Shown here: positions 53,890-64,000 of the stretch, one piece after another | Layout of the letters: each line of letters starts with the position of its first letter | Numbering within the stretch: the stretch's first letter is position 1 | From: an uncultured cyanobacterium | Lineage (GTDB): Bacteria > Cyanobacteriota > Cyanobacteriia > Cyanobacteriales > Microcystaceae | DNA: 64,000 bases | Assembly: GCA_963807635.1 (NCBI GenBank) | Contig: CAWEDJ010000071.1 | Coordinates: forward strand, 32,001-96,000 | Direction: 5' to 3' | Program-made: the position numbers and the translations under genes | Notes under the pieces: model-generated | Database searches by the model: none | Told to the model about the DNA's origin: nothing | What the model saw: the letters and a program-made list of their open reading frames with translations, nothing else

Positions 53890-54662
53890 ATGACCTCTGA
53901 TCGCGATCGCACCATTCTTTCTGCCCATAACCTTTGTAAAAATTTTGGTGGACTCAAAGCCGTCAATAACGCCAATATTTCAGTCAAAGAAGGCAGTATC
54001 ACAGGATTAATTGGCCCTAATGGCGCAGGAAAGACCACGATGTTCAACTTACTCTCCAATTTCATCCATCCCGATGAAGGCCAAGTCATTTTTAATGGCA
54101 ATCCCATTCAAGACCTGACTCCCCATAAAATTGCGCGAGAAGGCTGTATCCGCACCTTTCAAGTGGCCAGAGTGCTTTCTCGTTTAACGGTACTGGAAAA
54201 TATGTTATTAGCAAATCAACAGCAAACAGGAGAAAATTTCCTCAAATTGTGGATCAACCAGGGAAAAGTCAAACAGGAAGAAAGAAAAAATAAAGAACAA
54301 GCCTTATCAATTTTAGAATCCGTAGGATTAATTGAAAAAGCCCAGGATTATGCAGGAGCCTTATCAGGGGGACAGCGAAAATTACTGGAAATGGCAGAAC
54401 GCTGATGACTAATCCAAAGTTAATCCTACTAGATGAACCCGCCGCAGGCGTTAATCCGACCCTCATTGGTCAAATTTGTGAACATATCATCAATTGGAAT
54501 AAACAGGGAATTTCATTTTTGATTATTGAACATAACATGGACGTGATCATGTCTCTGTGTCATCACGTCTGGGTTTTGGCCGAGGGAACCAATTTAGCCG
54601 ATGGTACACCCGAACAAATCCAGCAAAGTCCCCAGGTACTGGAAGCTTATTTGGGAGAATAG
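53890..54662 (+). CDS. Branched-chain/neutral amino acid ABC transporter ATP-binding subunit (LivG/NatA-like); frameshift near 54397
   Basis: GLIGPNGAGKTT, RTFQ, LSGGQRKLLE, LLDEPAAG, IEHNM, VLEAYLG. Confidence 0.9.
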
Positions 54663-54725
54663 AAAAAATAGAGTACAATAGTAGTTTTGGGAAAGTAATC
54701 CATCAGATAGGAGAAAAACGCTTAT

Positions 54726-55334
54726 ATGTCTCGTTATAGAGGCCCACGCCTTCGTATTACCCGACGCTTAGGAGAATTACCAGGTTTATCCCGTAAAACT
54801 GCCCGTCGTGCCTACCCCCCTGGTCAACATGGGCAAAACCGTAAAAAACGTTCCGAGTATGCGGTTCGTCTTGAAGAAAAACAAAAACTGCGTTTCAACT
54901 ACGGTATTACCGAGACTCAGTTGATTCGTTACGTGAAAAAAGCTCGTCGTGCGACAGGTTCTACGGGAGAAGCTCTGTTGCAATTGCTAGAAATGCGTCT
55001 AGACAATACCATTTTTCGCTTAGGAATGTCTGGTACGATTCCTGCGGCTCGTCAATTGGTCAGTCATGGTCACATTTTGGTGAATGGTCGAGTTGTTGAT
55101 ATTCCGAGTTATCAATGCCGTCCTGGGGATGTCATTGGGGTGAAGAACAGAGAACGCTCTCGTCAATTGGTGCAAACCAACATGGAGTATCCAGGTCTTG
55201 CTAACCTGCCCACCCATCTGGAGTTTGATAAAAACGCCCTGGTTGGTAAGGTGAATAGTGTGATTGATCGTGAATGGGTTGCGCTACAAATTAACGAACT
55301 GCTGGTCGTTGAGTTTTACTCTCGGAAAGCTTAG
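54726..55334 (+). CDS. rpsD: 30S ribosomal protein S4
   Basis: [39 protein letters not shown]. Confidence 0.98.
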   Translation: MSRYRGPRLRITRRLGELPGLSRKTARRAYPPGQHGQNRKKRSEYAVRLEEKQKLRFNYGITETQLIRYVKKARRATGSTGEALLQLLEMRLDNTIFRLGMSGTIPAARQLVSHGHILVNGRVVDIPSYQCRPGDVIGVKNRERSRQLVQTNMEYPGLANLPTHLEFDKNALVGKVNSVIDREWVALQINELLVVEFYSRKA

Positions 55335-55346
55335 GTTTTGGGATTC

Positions 55347-55385
55347 GGAATTGGGAAGAATATTTAGTTCCCAGTTCCTTGTTTT
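55347..55385 (+). terminator. Intrinsic terminator after rpsD
   Basis: GGAATTGGGAA-loop-TTCCCAGTTCC followed by TTGTTTT. Confidence 0.6.
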
Positions 55386-55394
55386 CCCAAGGGT

Positions 55395-56018
55395 TTGATC
55401 TTTATCCGTTATTTTGTTGTGTTAGCTAACACTGTATCGACTATTAAATTGCTCAAAAGCGCGACCCAATCGGCTTGGATTGACCAGGCAATCGCGAATT
55501 TGGATGTTATTTTATTAGACCATTCCCACTGTGAACGAAAGGCGGCGGGCGTGGCCTTAAATTTTTTGTTTCGCTATCCTGCCCATGAATTGTTAGTCCG
55601 TCGGTTAACGGCGATCGCCCAGGAAGAATTAGAACATTTTGAACAGGTTAATCAGTGGTTAGAAAAGCGGGGCATTCCCTTGGCTCCCTTGACTCCTTCT
55701 CCCTACGGCGGAAAATTAAAGGGACAAGTCCGACGGGATGAACCTGAGCATTTACTCGATTCTTTGCTGGTTGCGGCTCTCATTGAAGCCCGTTCCCACG
55801 AACGTCTGGGTTTGCTCGCCGATCATTGCCCTGAGCCTGCTTTAGCCCAATTTTATCGAGGATTAATGGCTTCAGAAGCTCGCCATTACGGTATTTACTG
55901 GGTTTTAGCGGACACCTATTTTGAACGGGAAGCAATACAATCTCGTTTGGAAGAATTATCGATATTTGAGAGTGAAATTTTGGTTTCCCTACATTCCCAA
56001 CCTCGCATTCATAGTTAA
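55395..56018 (+). CDS. miaE: tRNA-(ms2io6A37) hydroxylase (start may be GTG at 55419)
   Basis: DHSHCERKAA, EELEHF, IEARSHER, SEARHY, PRIHS. Confidence 0.9.
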   Translation: MIFIRYFVVLANTVSTIKLLKSATQSAWIDQAIANLDVILLDHSHCERKAAGVALNFLFRYPAHELLVRRLTAIAQEELEHFEQVNQWLEKRGIPLAPLTPSPYGGKLKGQVRRDEPEHLLDSLLVAALIEARSHERLGLLADHCPEPALAQFYRGLMASEARHYGIYWVLADTYFEREAIQSRLEELSIFESEILVSLHSQPRIHS

Positions 56019-56326
56019 CGAGGTGATTGAGCGTTTAAAGCTAATTTTGAAAACGTAGGTTTCCAATCTAAACTGGATATGGGATCAAATAGGATGTTTG
56101 GATCAAAATTGATGATCTACCTGATCAATATCCTAAGAGGTTCGGAGATCTACCCAGAAAAAGCGTTATTCTACGGTGTATTATCAAACTTGATGAGTCG
56201 GAGTAGTCCCCTGCGATCGCGCTCAGTGAGAGTCTATTCCCCATCGCTAAGATAAGCCAAAAAGTCTAATTTTTAGCGAAACCCCCCTTTCCTTTAGCCA
56301 AAGCATTTTTTAAGTCTAAGTGTCCT

Positions 56327-57062
56327 ATGAATGAAGAGCAAATTCCCGTCGAAACCTCCAACGAGTCTATGGAAAATATTACGGCAGAAGTGCCAGCTCC
56401 CTCGGGCACAGAAACCAGCGCAGAGGTTGAGGTAATGCCCGAAAATCTGGAGGATTCATCTCCCCAATCTGAAAAATCCCCAGAATCGACTCCAGTGATT
56501 TCTCCTGAAGAGGCGATCGCCGAATTACAGCAAAAAATAGCCAGTCATCAGCAAGAAATTGTCCAACAGGCAGAAGAACTAGATGGTTACAAAAAACGCT
56601 ATATCACCCTAGCCGCTGAATTCGATAATTATCGCAAACGTACTCAAAGAGAGCAAAAAGATCTGGAACATCAGGTCAAACGCAAAACCATCACTGAATT
56701 ATTGTCAGTGGTTGATAACTTTGAGCGGCCAGAACCCAACTCAAACCCAGTAGTGACGGTGAAATGGAAATTCACAAAAGCTACCAGAGTGTTTATAAAA
56801 GCTTTGCTGATAGCCTAAAACGCCTCGGAGTCTCGCCCATGCGCCCCGAAGGTCAATTATTTGACCCCAACTACCATGAAGCCATGTTGCGGGAATACAC
56901 CAACGATCACCCTGAAGGAACGATTCTTGAGGAATTAGTGCGGGGTTATTTGCTCGGCGATCAAGTCCTGCGGCACTCAATGGTCAAAGTTGCGGCCCCC
57001 AGGAAACCGTTACACCCGCCGAAGAAGAAGCAACGGAATCTCCCGAAAACAACGAGTCCTAA
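56327..57062 (+). CDS. grpE: Nucleotide exchange factor GrpE; frameshifts near 56727 and 56998
   Basis: [38 protein letters not shown]. Confidence 0.92.
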
Positions 57063-57153
57063 AATTAAGCGGTTGAAATGGTTGCCCTTCGACTTTTTTT
57101 GGGCAAACTTGTAAATGAACCCGCAGAAAGACCATCTTTTTTTAATCGTTTAA

Positions 57154-59209
<2,056 letters not shown>

Positions 59210-59291
59210 TGATGTTTTGCCAGGAGTTTGCTACAGTAAACACTAAGCCGATGTAAACTAATCTTAACAAGAACAATCAGAGTAAGGCCCT

Positions 59292-60425
59292 ATGGCAGCG
59301 GACTATTACGAAATCCTTGGCGTTTCCAGAGACGCAAGCAAAGAAGACCTGAAACGTGCCTATCGTCGTTTGGCGCGGAAATATCATCCTGACGTAAATA
59401 AGGAAGCAGGGGCAGAAGACCGCTTTAAAGAGGTGAATCGTGCCTACGAAGTGCTTTCAGAACCAGAAACTCGTGCGCGTTACGACCAATTTGGAGAAGC
59501 AGGAGTGAGTGGTGCGGCGGGGGCATCAGGTTTTGAATATGGGGATATGGGCGGATTTGCTGATATCTTTGAAACAATTTTTGGCGGATTTGGGGGCGCG
59601 GCAGCAGGAGCAGGCTCGGCTAGACGACGGACAGGACCTACTCGTGGAGATGATCTGCGGTTAGATCTCAGACTCAATTTTCGAGAAGCGATTTTTGGGG
59701 GAGAAAAGGAAATTCGTATTCCCCATTTAGAATCCTGTCAAGCCTGTCAAGGTTCGGGGGCAAAGGCGGGTACGGGATCGCGCACTTGTGCCACTTGTAA
59801 TGGGGCGGGTCAAGTTAGACGGGCGACTCGGACTCCCTTTGGTAGTTTTGCTCAGGTTTCTGCCTGTCCTACCTGTAATGGGGCAGGAGAGGTGATTGAG
59901 GAGAAATGTGAGGTTTGTAATGGCGTGGGTCGGAAGCAAGAAACTAAAAAATTAAAAATCTCTATTCCCCCTGGCGTGGATGATGGGACTCGGTTGCGGG
60001 TTTCACGGGAAGGGGATGCGGGACTCCGAGGCGGGCCTGCGGGAGATTTGTATGTCTATCTCATGGTGGAGGCGGATCGAGAGTTTACCCGTGAGGGAAT
60101 TAATATCCGCTCTGAAATTACCATTAGCTATTTACAGGCTATTCTGGGTTGCCGTTTAACGGTTAATACGGTTGATCGGCCCGATGAATTGACGATTCCT
60201 TCTGGAACCCAACCGAATACGGTCTTAACGCTAGAAAATAAAGGCGTGCCTAAGTTGGGCAATGCGACCCTCCGAGGCGATCACCTAATTACGGTGAAGA
60301 TCAATATTCCCACCCGTATTAATTCGGAAGAGCGGGAGTTATTGGAAAAATTAGCGGGTATTAAGGGAGAAGGTCACGGAAAAGGTGGTTTGGAAGGATT
60401 TATTGGAGGATTTTTCCATAAATGA
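59292..60425 (+). CDS. dnaJ: Chaperone DnaJ (class A)
   Basis: HPD, G/F region, four CxxCxGxG motifs. Confidence 0.96.
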   Translation: MAADYYEILGVSRDASKEDLKRAYRRLARKYHPDVNKEAGAEDRFKEVNRAYEVLSEPETRARYDQFGEAGVSGAAGASGFEYGDMGGFADIFETIFGGFGGAAAGAGSARRRTGPTRGDDLRLDLRLNFREAIFGGEKEIRIPHLESCQACQGSGAKAGTGSRTCATCNGAGQVRRATRTPFGSFAQVSACPTCNGAGEVIEEKCEVCNGVGRKQETKKLKISIPPGVDDGTRLRVSREGDAGLRGGPAGDLYVYLMVEADREFTREGINIRSEITISYLQAILGCRLTVNTVDRPDELTIPSGTQPNTVLTLENKGVPKLGNATLRGDHLITVKINIPTRINSEERELLEKLAGIKGEGHGKGGLEGFIGGFFHK

Positions 60426-60691
60426 CGAGTTTGCCAGAAACAGAAACCAGTCCAATACCTGCTAAGGTTCTGCTCGATCTCAGGGGAACGCCCTGTCCGA
60501 TTAATTTTGTGCGGACGAAATTAAAACTCGCGCAAATGTCGGCGGGGGAAGTCTTGGAAGTTTGGTTAGATGCGGGTGAACCCATTGAACAGGTTCCCCA
60601 TAGTTTGGCAATGGAAGGTTATACGGAGCAAGCTATCCTTGAGCAGGACACGTTTTTTAAAATGACGATTCGCGTTCCTGCTGATCTATAG
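60422..60691 (+). CDS. TusA/SirA-family sulfurtransferase
   Basis: LDLRGTPCP motif. Confidence 0.85.
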   Translation: MTSLPETETSPIPAKVLLDLRGTPCPINFVRTKLKLAQMSAGEVLEVWLDAGEPIEQVPHSLAMEGYTEQAILEQDTFFKMTIRVPADL

Positions 60692-60708
60692 CCGATGGTT
60701 CTCCTATC

Positions 60709-61777
60709 GTGAATAAGGCTGAATACGGAACTGTTATTGCGATCCAGGCGAATTATTATCAAGTCCGTTTGGAGAATTTTTCTGATGAGTTGTTACTCTG
60801 TACCCGTCGATCGCGTCTCAAGAAAATTGGTCAGTCGGTGATGGTGGGCGATCGCGTTTGGGTAGAGGATGTGGATCATCTCAATCAACAAGGGGCGATC
60901 GGGTCGGTGGAACCCCGTAGAAATGAGTTATCTCGTCCGCCGATGGCCAATGCGGATCAAATTTTGTTGGTTTTTTCCTTAGCCGATCCTCCTCTAGAGA
61001 CTTGGCAATTAAGTCGTTTTTTAGTCAAGGCAGAATCAGCCGATCTGGAACTGTGTCTTTGCCTCAACAAACGGGATTTAGTCAGCCAAGAGGAGCAAAA
61101 ACAATGGCAAGAAAGACTGATCCAATGGGGTTATCAGCCGCTATTGATTAGTGTGGATACCCAAGAAGGCATAGACCAACTGCGCCAGCAATTAAATCAA
61201 AAAATTACCTTGATGGCTGGCCCTTCTGGGGTGGGGAAATCTAGTTTGATTAATACTTTAGTGCCAGGGGTTGCTCAACGGGTGAACCAGGTTTCAGGAA
61301 AATTACACAGGGGTCGTCATACCACTCGTCACGTAGAACTTTTTGAATTACCGACGGGGGGACTGTTGGCCGATACTCCTGGCTTTAATCAACCTGATTT
61401 AGAAATAGAAGCGGCTCAGTTGATTTTTCATTTTCCTGAAGCGAGAAGACAACTGGAAACGGGTCTTTGTCAATTTAATGATTGCTCCCATCGGGAAGAA
61501 CCGAATTGTGTGGTTCGAGGCAATTGGGAACGCTATGAGCATTATTTGAAATTTTTAGAGGAAGCTATGGAAGAGGCGATCGCCCAACAAGCGAGGGGAG
61601 AAGAGGAGTCTGGTTTAAAATTAATGACGAAAGAGTCGGGAAAGCAGGAATATGAACCCAAATTAGCGAAGAAAAAAGTATCGTCAAACGTCCCGTCGCA
61701 TTAAGCATCAACAATTGCATGAACTGTATCATGAACAATCTGCACGGTCTGAAGATGAAGATGAGCTTGAGGAGTAA
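60709..61777 (+). CDS. rsgA: Small ribosomal subunit biogenesis GTPase; frameshift near 61675
   Basis: NKRD, GPSGVGKSS, GRHTT, DTPG, CQFNDCSHREEPNC; the tail KKYRQTSRR...EE* continues in another frame. Confidence 0.93.
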
Positions 61778-61873
61778 GCATTATGGGCGATTTTTTTCCA
61801 GAAAATCCTTTGATACTGATGGAGTGAGCCAATTGACTCCTATGAGATAGAGTGTCTCTGCCCATCGGAAACG

Positions 61874-61912
61874 ATCGGTTATTTAATCGGTTATTTAATC
61901 GGTTATTTAATC
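61874..61912. repeat. Perfect 12-bp tandem repeat (ATCGGTTATTTA)x3.25
   Basis: Read directly; intergenic, upstream of minC. Confidence 0.9.
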
Positions 61913-62044
61913 AGTACCGCTAAACGGCAGAATATCGGTTAGAAAGCTGACTCAGAAACCGTTTTATGTCATTAAATCAGCGTTAAAATTGGGATACGAC
62001 CGAGCAGATGGTGGTAAGGTAATAGTCTGAAATTAGAAATTTTT

Positions 62045-62779
62045 ATGATCGATCAGATGGCTTCTGATAATCCCATTCCCCCGACTGTCCAAATCCAATT
62101 GCAATCAGCGTTGGATAAACTCCTGCTGATTTTGCCTCCGCCCTCCAAGGCCGACCTCCCCAGTGATTGGCCGATTTTGGAACACGCCCTCAAAACTTTT
62201 ATCAAAGCCAAAGAAGGATCTTGGCAGCCTGAAGTCCCCGTTCATCTGATTGTGGAAGACCGACTGTTGGATGTACGTCAATTACAAGCGATCGCCGAAA
62301 TTCTGGAATCTGTTCATCTCAATCTACGTTGGCTACAAACCACCCGTCGGCAAACCGCGATCGCTGCTGTGACCTTGGGTTATTCTGTAGATCAATCTCC
62401 GCGAATCCCCACCCTCCTGATTCCCGACCCTCCCCTCGCTCCCCCGTTATATCTCACCAGTCCCGTGCGGTCTGGGACAGAAATTCAACACCCAGGCAAT
62501 ATTATTCTGGTAGGAGATGTCAATCCTGGCGGCAACCTAATTGCCAATGGCGATATTCTGATTTGGGGAACCCTAAGAGGCACAGCCCACGCAGGAGCCG
62601 AGGGAAACCAGGATGCCATTATTATGATTTTGAAGTTGGGCGCGAGTCAGTTACGCATTGCGGATCTGGTGGCTAGGGTCTCCCCCGAAGCGGCTGATCA
62701 AGGAGAACCCGAAGTGGCGTATATTACTCCTGACGGTATTCGGTTGGCTTCTGCTCGTAGTTTTAAAAAAATCAAGTAA
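62045..62779 (+). CDS. minC: Septum site-determining protein MinC
   Basis: VRSG, GDVNPGG, WGTLRGTAHAGA, QLRIAD. Confidence 0.93.
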   Translation: MIDQMASDNPIPPTVQIQLQSALDKLLLILPPPSKADLPSDWPILEHALKTFIKAKEGSWQPEVPVHLIVEDRLLDVRQLQAIAEILESVHLNLRWLQTTRRQTAIAAVTLGYSVDQSPRIPTLLIPDPPLAPPLYLTSPVRSGTEIQHPGNIILVGDVNPGGNLIANGDILIWGTLRGTAHAGAEGNQDAIIMILKLGASQLRIADLVARVSPEAADQGEPEVAYITPDGIRLASARSFKKIK

Positions 62780-62848
62780 AATTCAGAAGACCCGTGATGT
62801 ATTTGCTAACGACTAACCCTAAAAGAAAAAACCATTGATTATTGAACT

Positions 62849-63652
62849 ATGACTCGTATTATTGTTATAACTTCTGGAAAAGGTGGTGTAGGGAAAACGA
62901 CCACTACGGCCAACTTAGGAGCATCCCTGGCGCGTTTAGGCAAAAAAGTTGCCCTGATTGATGCGGATTTCGGACTGCGGAATTTGGATCTCCTTTTGGG
63001 GCTGGAACAACGCATTGTCTATACGGCGATCGATGTTTTATCGGGGGATTGCACCATTGATAAGGCCCTGGTCAAAGATAAACGGCTACCCAATTTAGTC
63101 CTCTTACCCGCCGCCCAAAATCGTTCAAAAGATGCGATTAACGCCGAACAAATGCAATCCCTGGTGGATCAACTGACGAAAAAGTTTGATTACGTTATTA
63201 TTGATTGTCCCGCAGGTATTGAATCAGGTTTTCGGAATGCCGTTATTCCTGCCAAGGAAGCGATTATTGTCACCACCCCTGAAATGTCGGCGGTAAGGGA
63301 TGCCGATCGCGTGATTGGTTTATTAGAAGCCGAAAATATTGATCGCATTAGTGTCATCATTAATCGATTACGCCCTGAAATGATCCAGCTTAATCAGATG
63401 ATTAGCGTAGAAGATATTTTAGAACTGCTGGCGATTCCTTTGTTGGGTATTGTTCCTGATGATCAAAAAATCATTATTTCCACCAATAAGGGTGAACCCC
63501 TAGTTTTAGAAGAAAAACTATCCATTCCTGGTTTAGCGTTCCAAAATATTTCTCGACGCTTAGAAGGCCAAGATATTCCTTTTTTAGACTTTATGGCGGC
63601 CCATAATAGTTTATTGAATCGTATCCGTCGCCGTCTGTTAGGGCCTTTATGA
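62849..63652 (+). CDS. minD: Septum site-determining ATPase MinD
   Basis: SGKGGVGKTT, GLRNLDLLLGLE, DCPAGIE, AVRDADR. Confidence 0.97.
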   Translation: MTRIIVITSGKGGVGKTTTTANLGASLARLGKKVALIDADFGLRNLDLLLGLEQRIVYTAIDVLSGDCTIDKALVKDKRLPNLVLLPAAQNRSKDAINAEQMQSLVDQLTKKFDYVIIDCPAGIESGFRNAVIPAKEAIIVTTPEMSAVRDADRVIGLLEAENIDRISVIINRLRPEMIQLNQMISVEDILELLAIPLLGIVPDDQKIIISTNKGEPLVLEEKLSIPGLAFQNISRRLEGQDIPFLDFMAAHNSLLNRIRRRLLGPL

Positions 63653-63705
63653 GGGAGATTTTACGGGGTTAATGCTGATCAAATTAAGTTTTCATGGGGT
63701 TGAAA

Positions 63706-63981
63706 ATGATACTAGAACTGATTGAACGTCTTTTTGGACGGAACAATAGTAGTGGAGTTGACGCAAAAAGGCGACTAAAATTGGTCATTGCCAACGATCG
63801 CTCTGGTTTGAGTCAGGAAATGCTGGAAATGATGCGTCGGGATATTCTCGAAGTGGTTAGTCGCTATGTGGAAATCGATTCTGAGGAAATGGAACTTTCT
63901 CTAGAAAGCGATCAACGGATGACGGCTTTGATTGCCAATTTGCCTGTACGAAGAGTGAAAAGGAAAAGAACCGCTCCCTAA
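63706..63981 (+). CDS. minE: Cell division topological specificity factor MinE
   Basis: [30 protein letters not shown]. Confidence 0.95.
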   Translation: MILELIERLFGRNNSSGVDAKRRLKLVIANDRSGLSQEMLEMMRRDILEVVSRYVEIDSEEMELSLESDQRMTALIANLPVRRVKRKRTAP

Positions 63982-64000
63982 CTGTTTTTTGAGCGTCGGT

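Noticed and set aside
61874..61912. CRISPR array
   Set aside because: Contiguous 12-bp units with no spacers; no repeat-spacer array or cas gene was seen anywhere in the window.

Overview
Chromosomal window from a unicellular cyanobacterium (many HIP1 octamers GCGATCGC; gap2, cyanoexosortase, grpE-dnaK-dnaJ-tusA-rsgA, minCDE). Bases 1-23.3 kb are a minus-strand surface-polysaccharide cluster: wzc, wzm/wzt, GT2/GT4 glycosyltransferases, three methyltransferases, a perosamine-type aminotransferase and a deacetylase. Embedded in it is an unusual pair: an ICL/PEP-mutase-family lyase with oxaloacetate-acetylhydrolase hallmarks, and a stand-alone adenylation-PCP-thioesterase protein whose A domain resembles oxalate-CoA ligases. 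Together they form a candidate oxalate-making and oxalyl-transfer system for a glycan. A cyanoexosortase A module follows (24.9-28.8 kb), then mostly core genes. An AT-rich three-gene cassette at 42.7-44.2 kb, with a palindrome-overlapped consensus promoter and an ADP-ribosyltransferase-like last gene, looks like an uncharacterised tripartite toxin-antitoxin/defence module. Several MITE-like elements are present, and one disrupts a methyltransferase. About 25 genes, including essential ones, are split by single-base defects that cluster at GGCC and HIP1 motifs. I treat these as sequencing artefacts and report merged coordinates. No rRNA, tRNA or CRISPR array was seen. All family calls come from motif recognition by eye; no searches were run.
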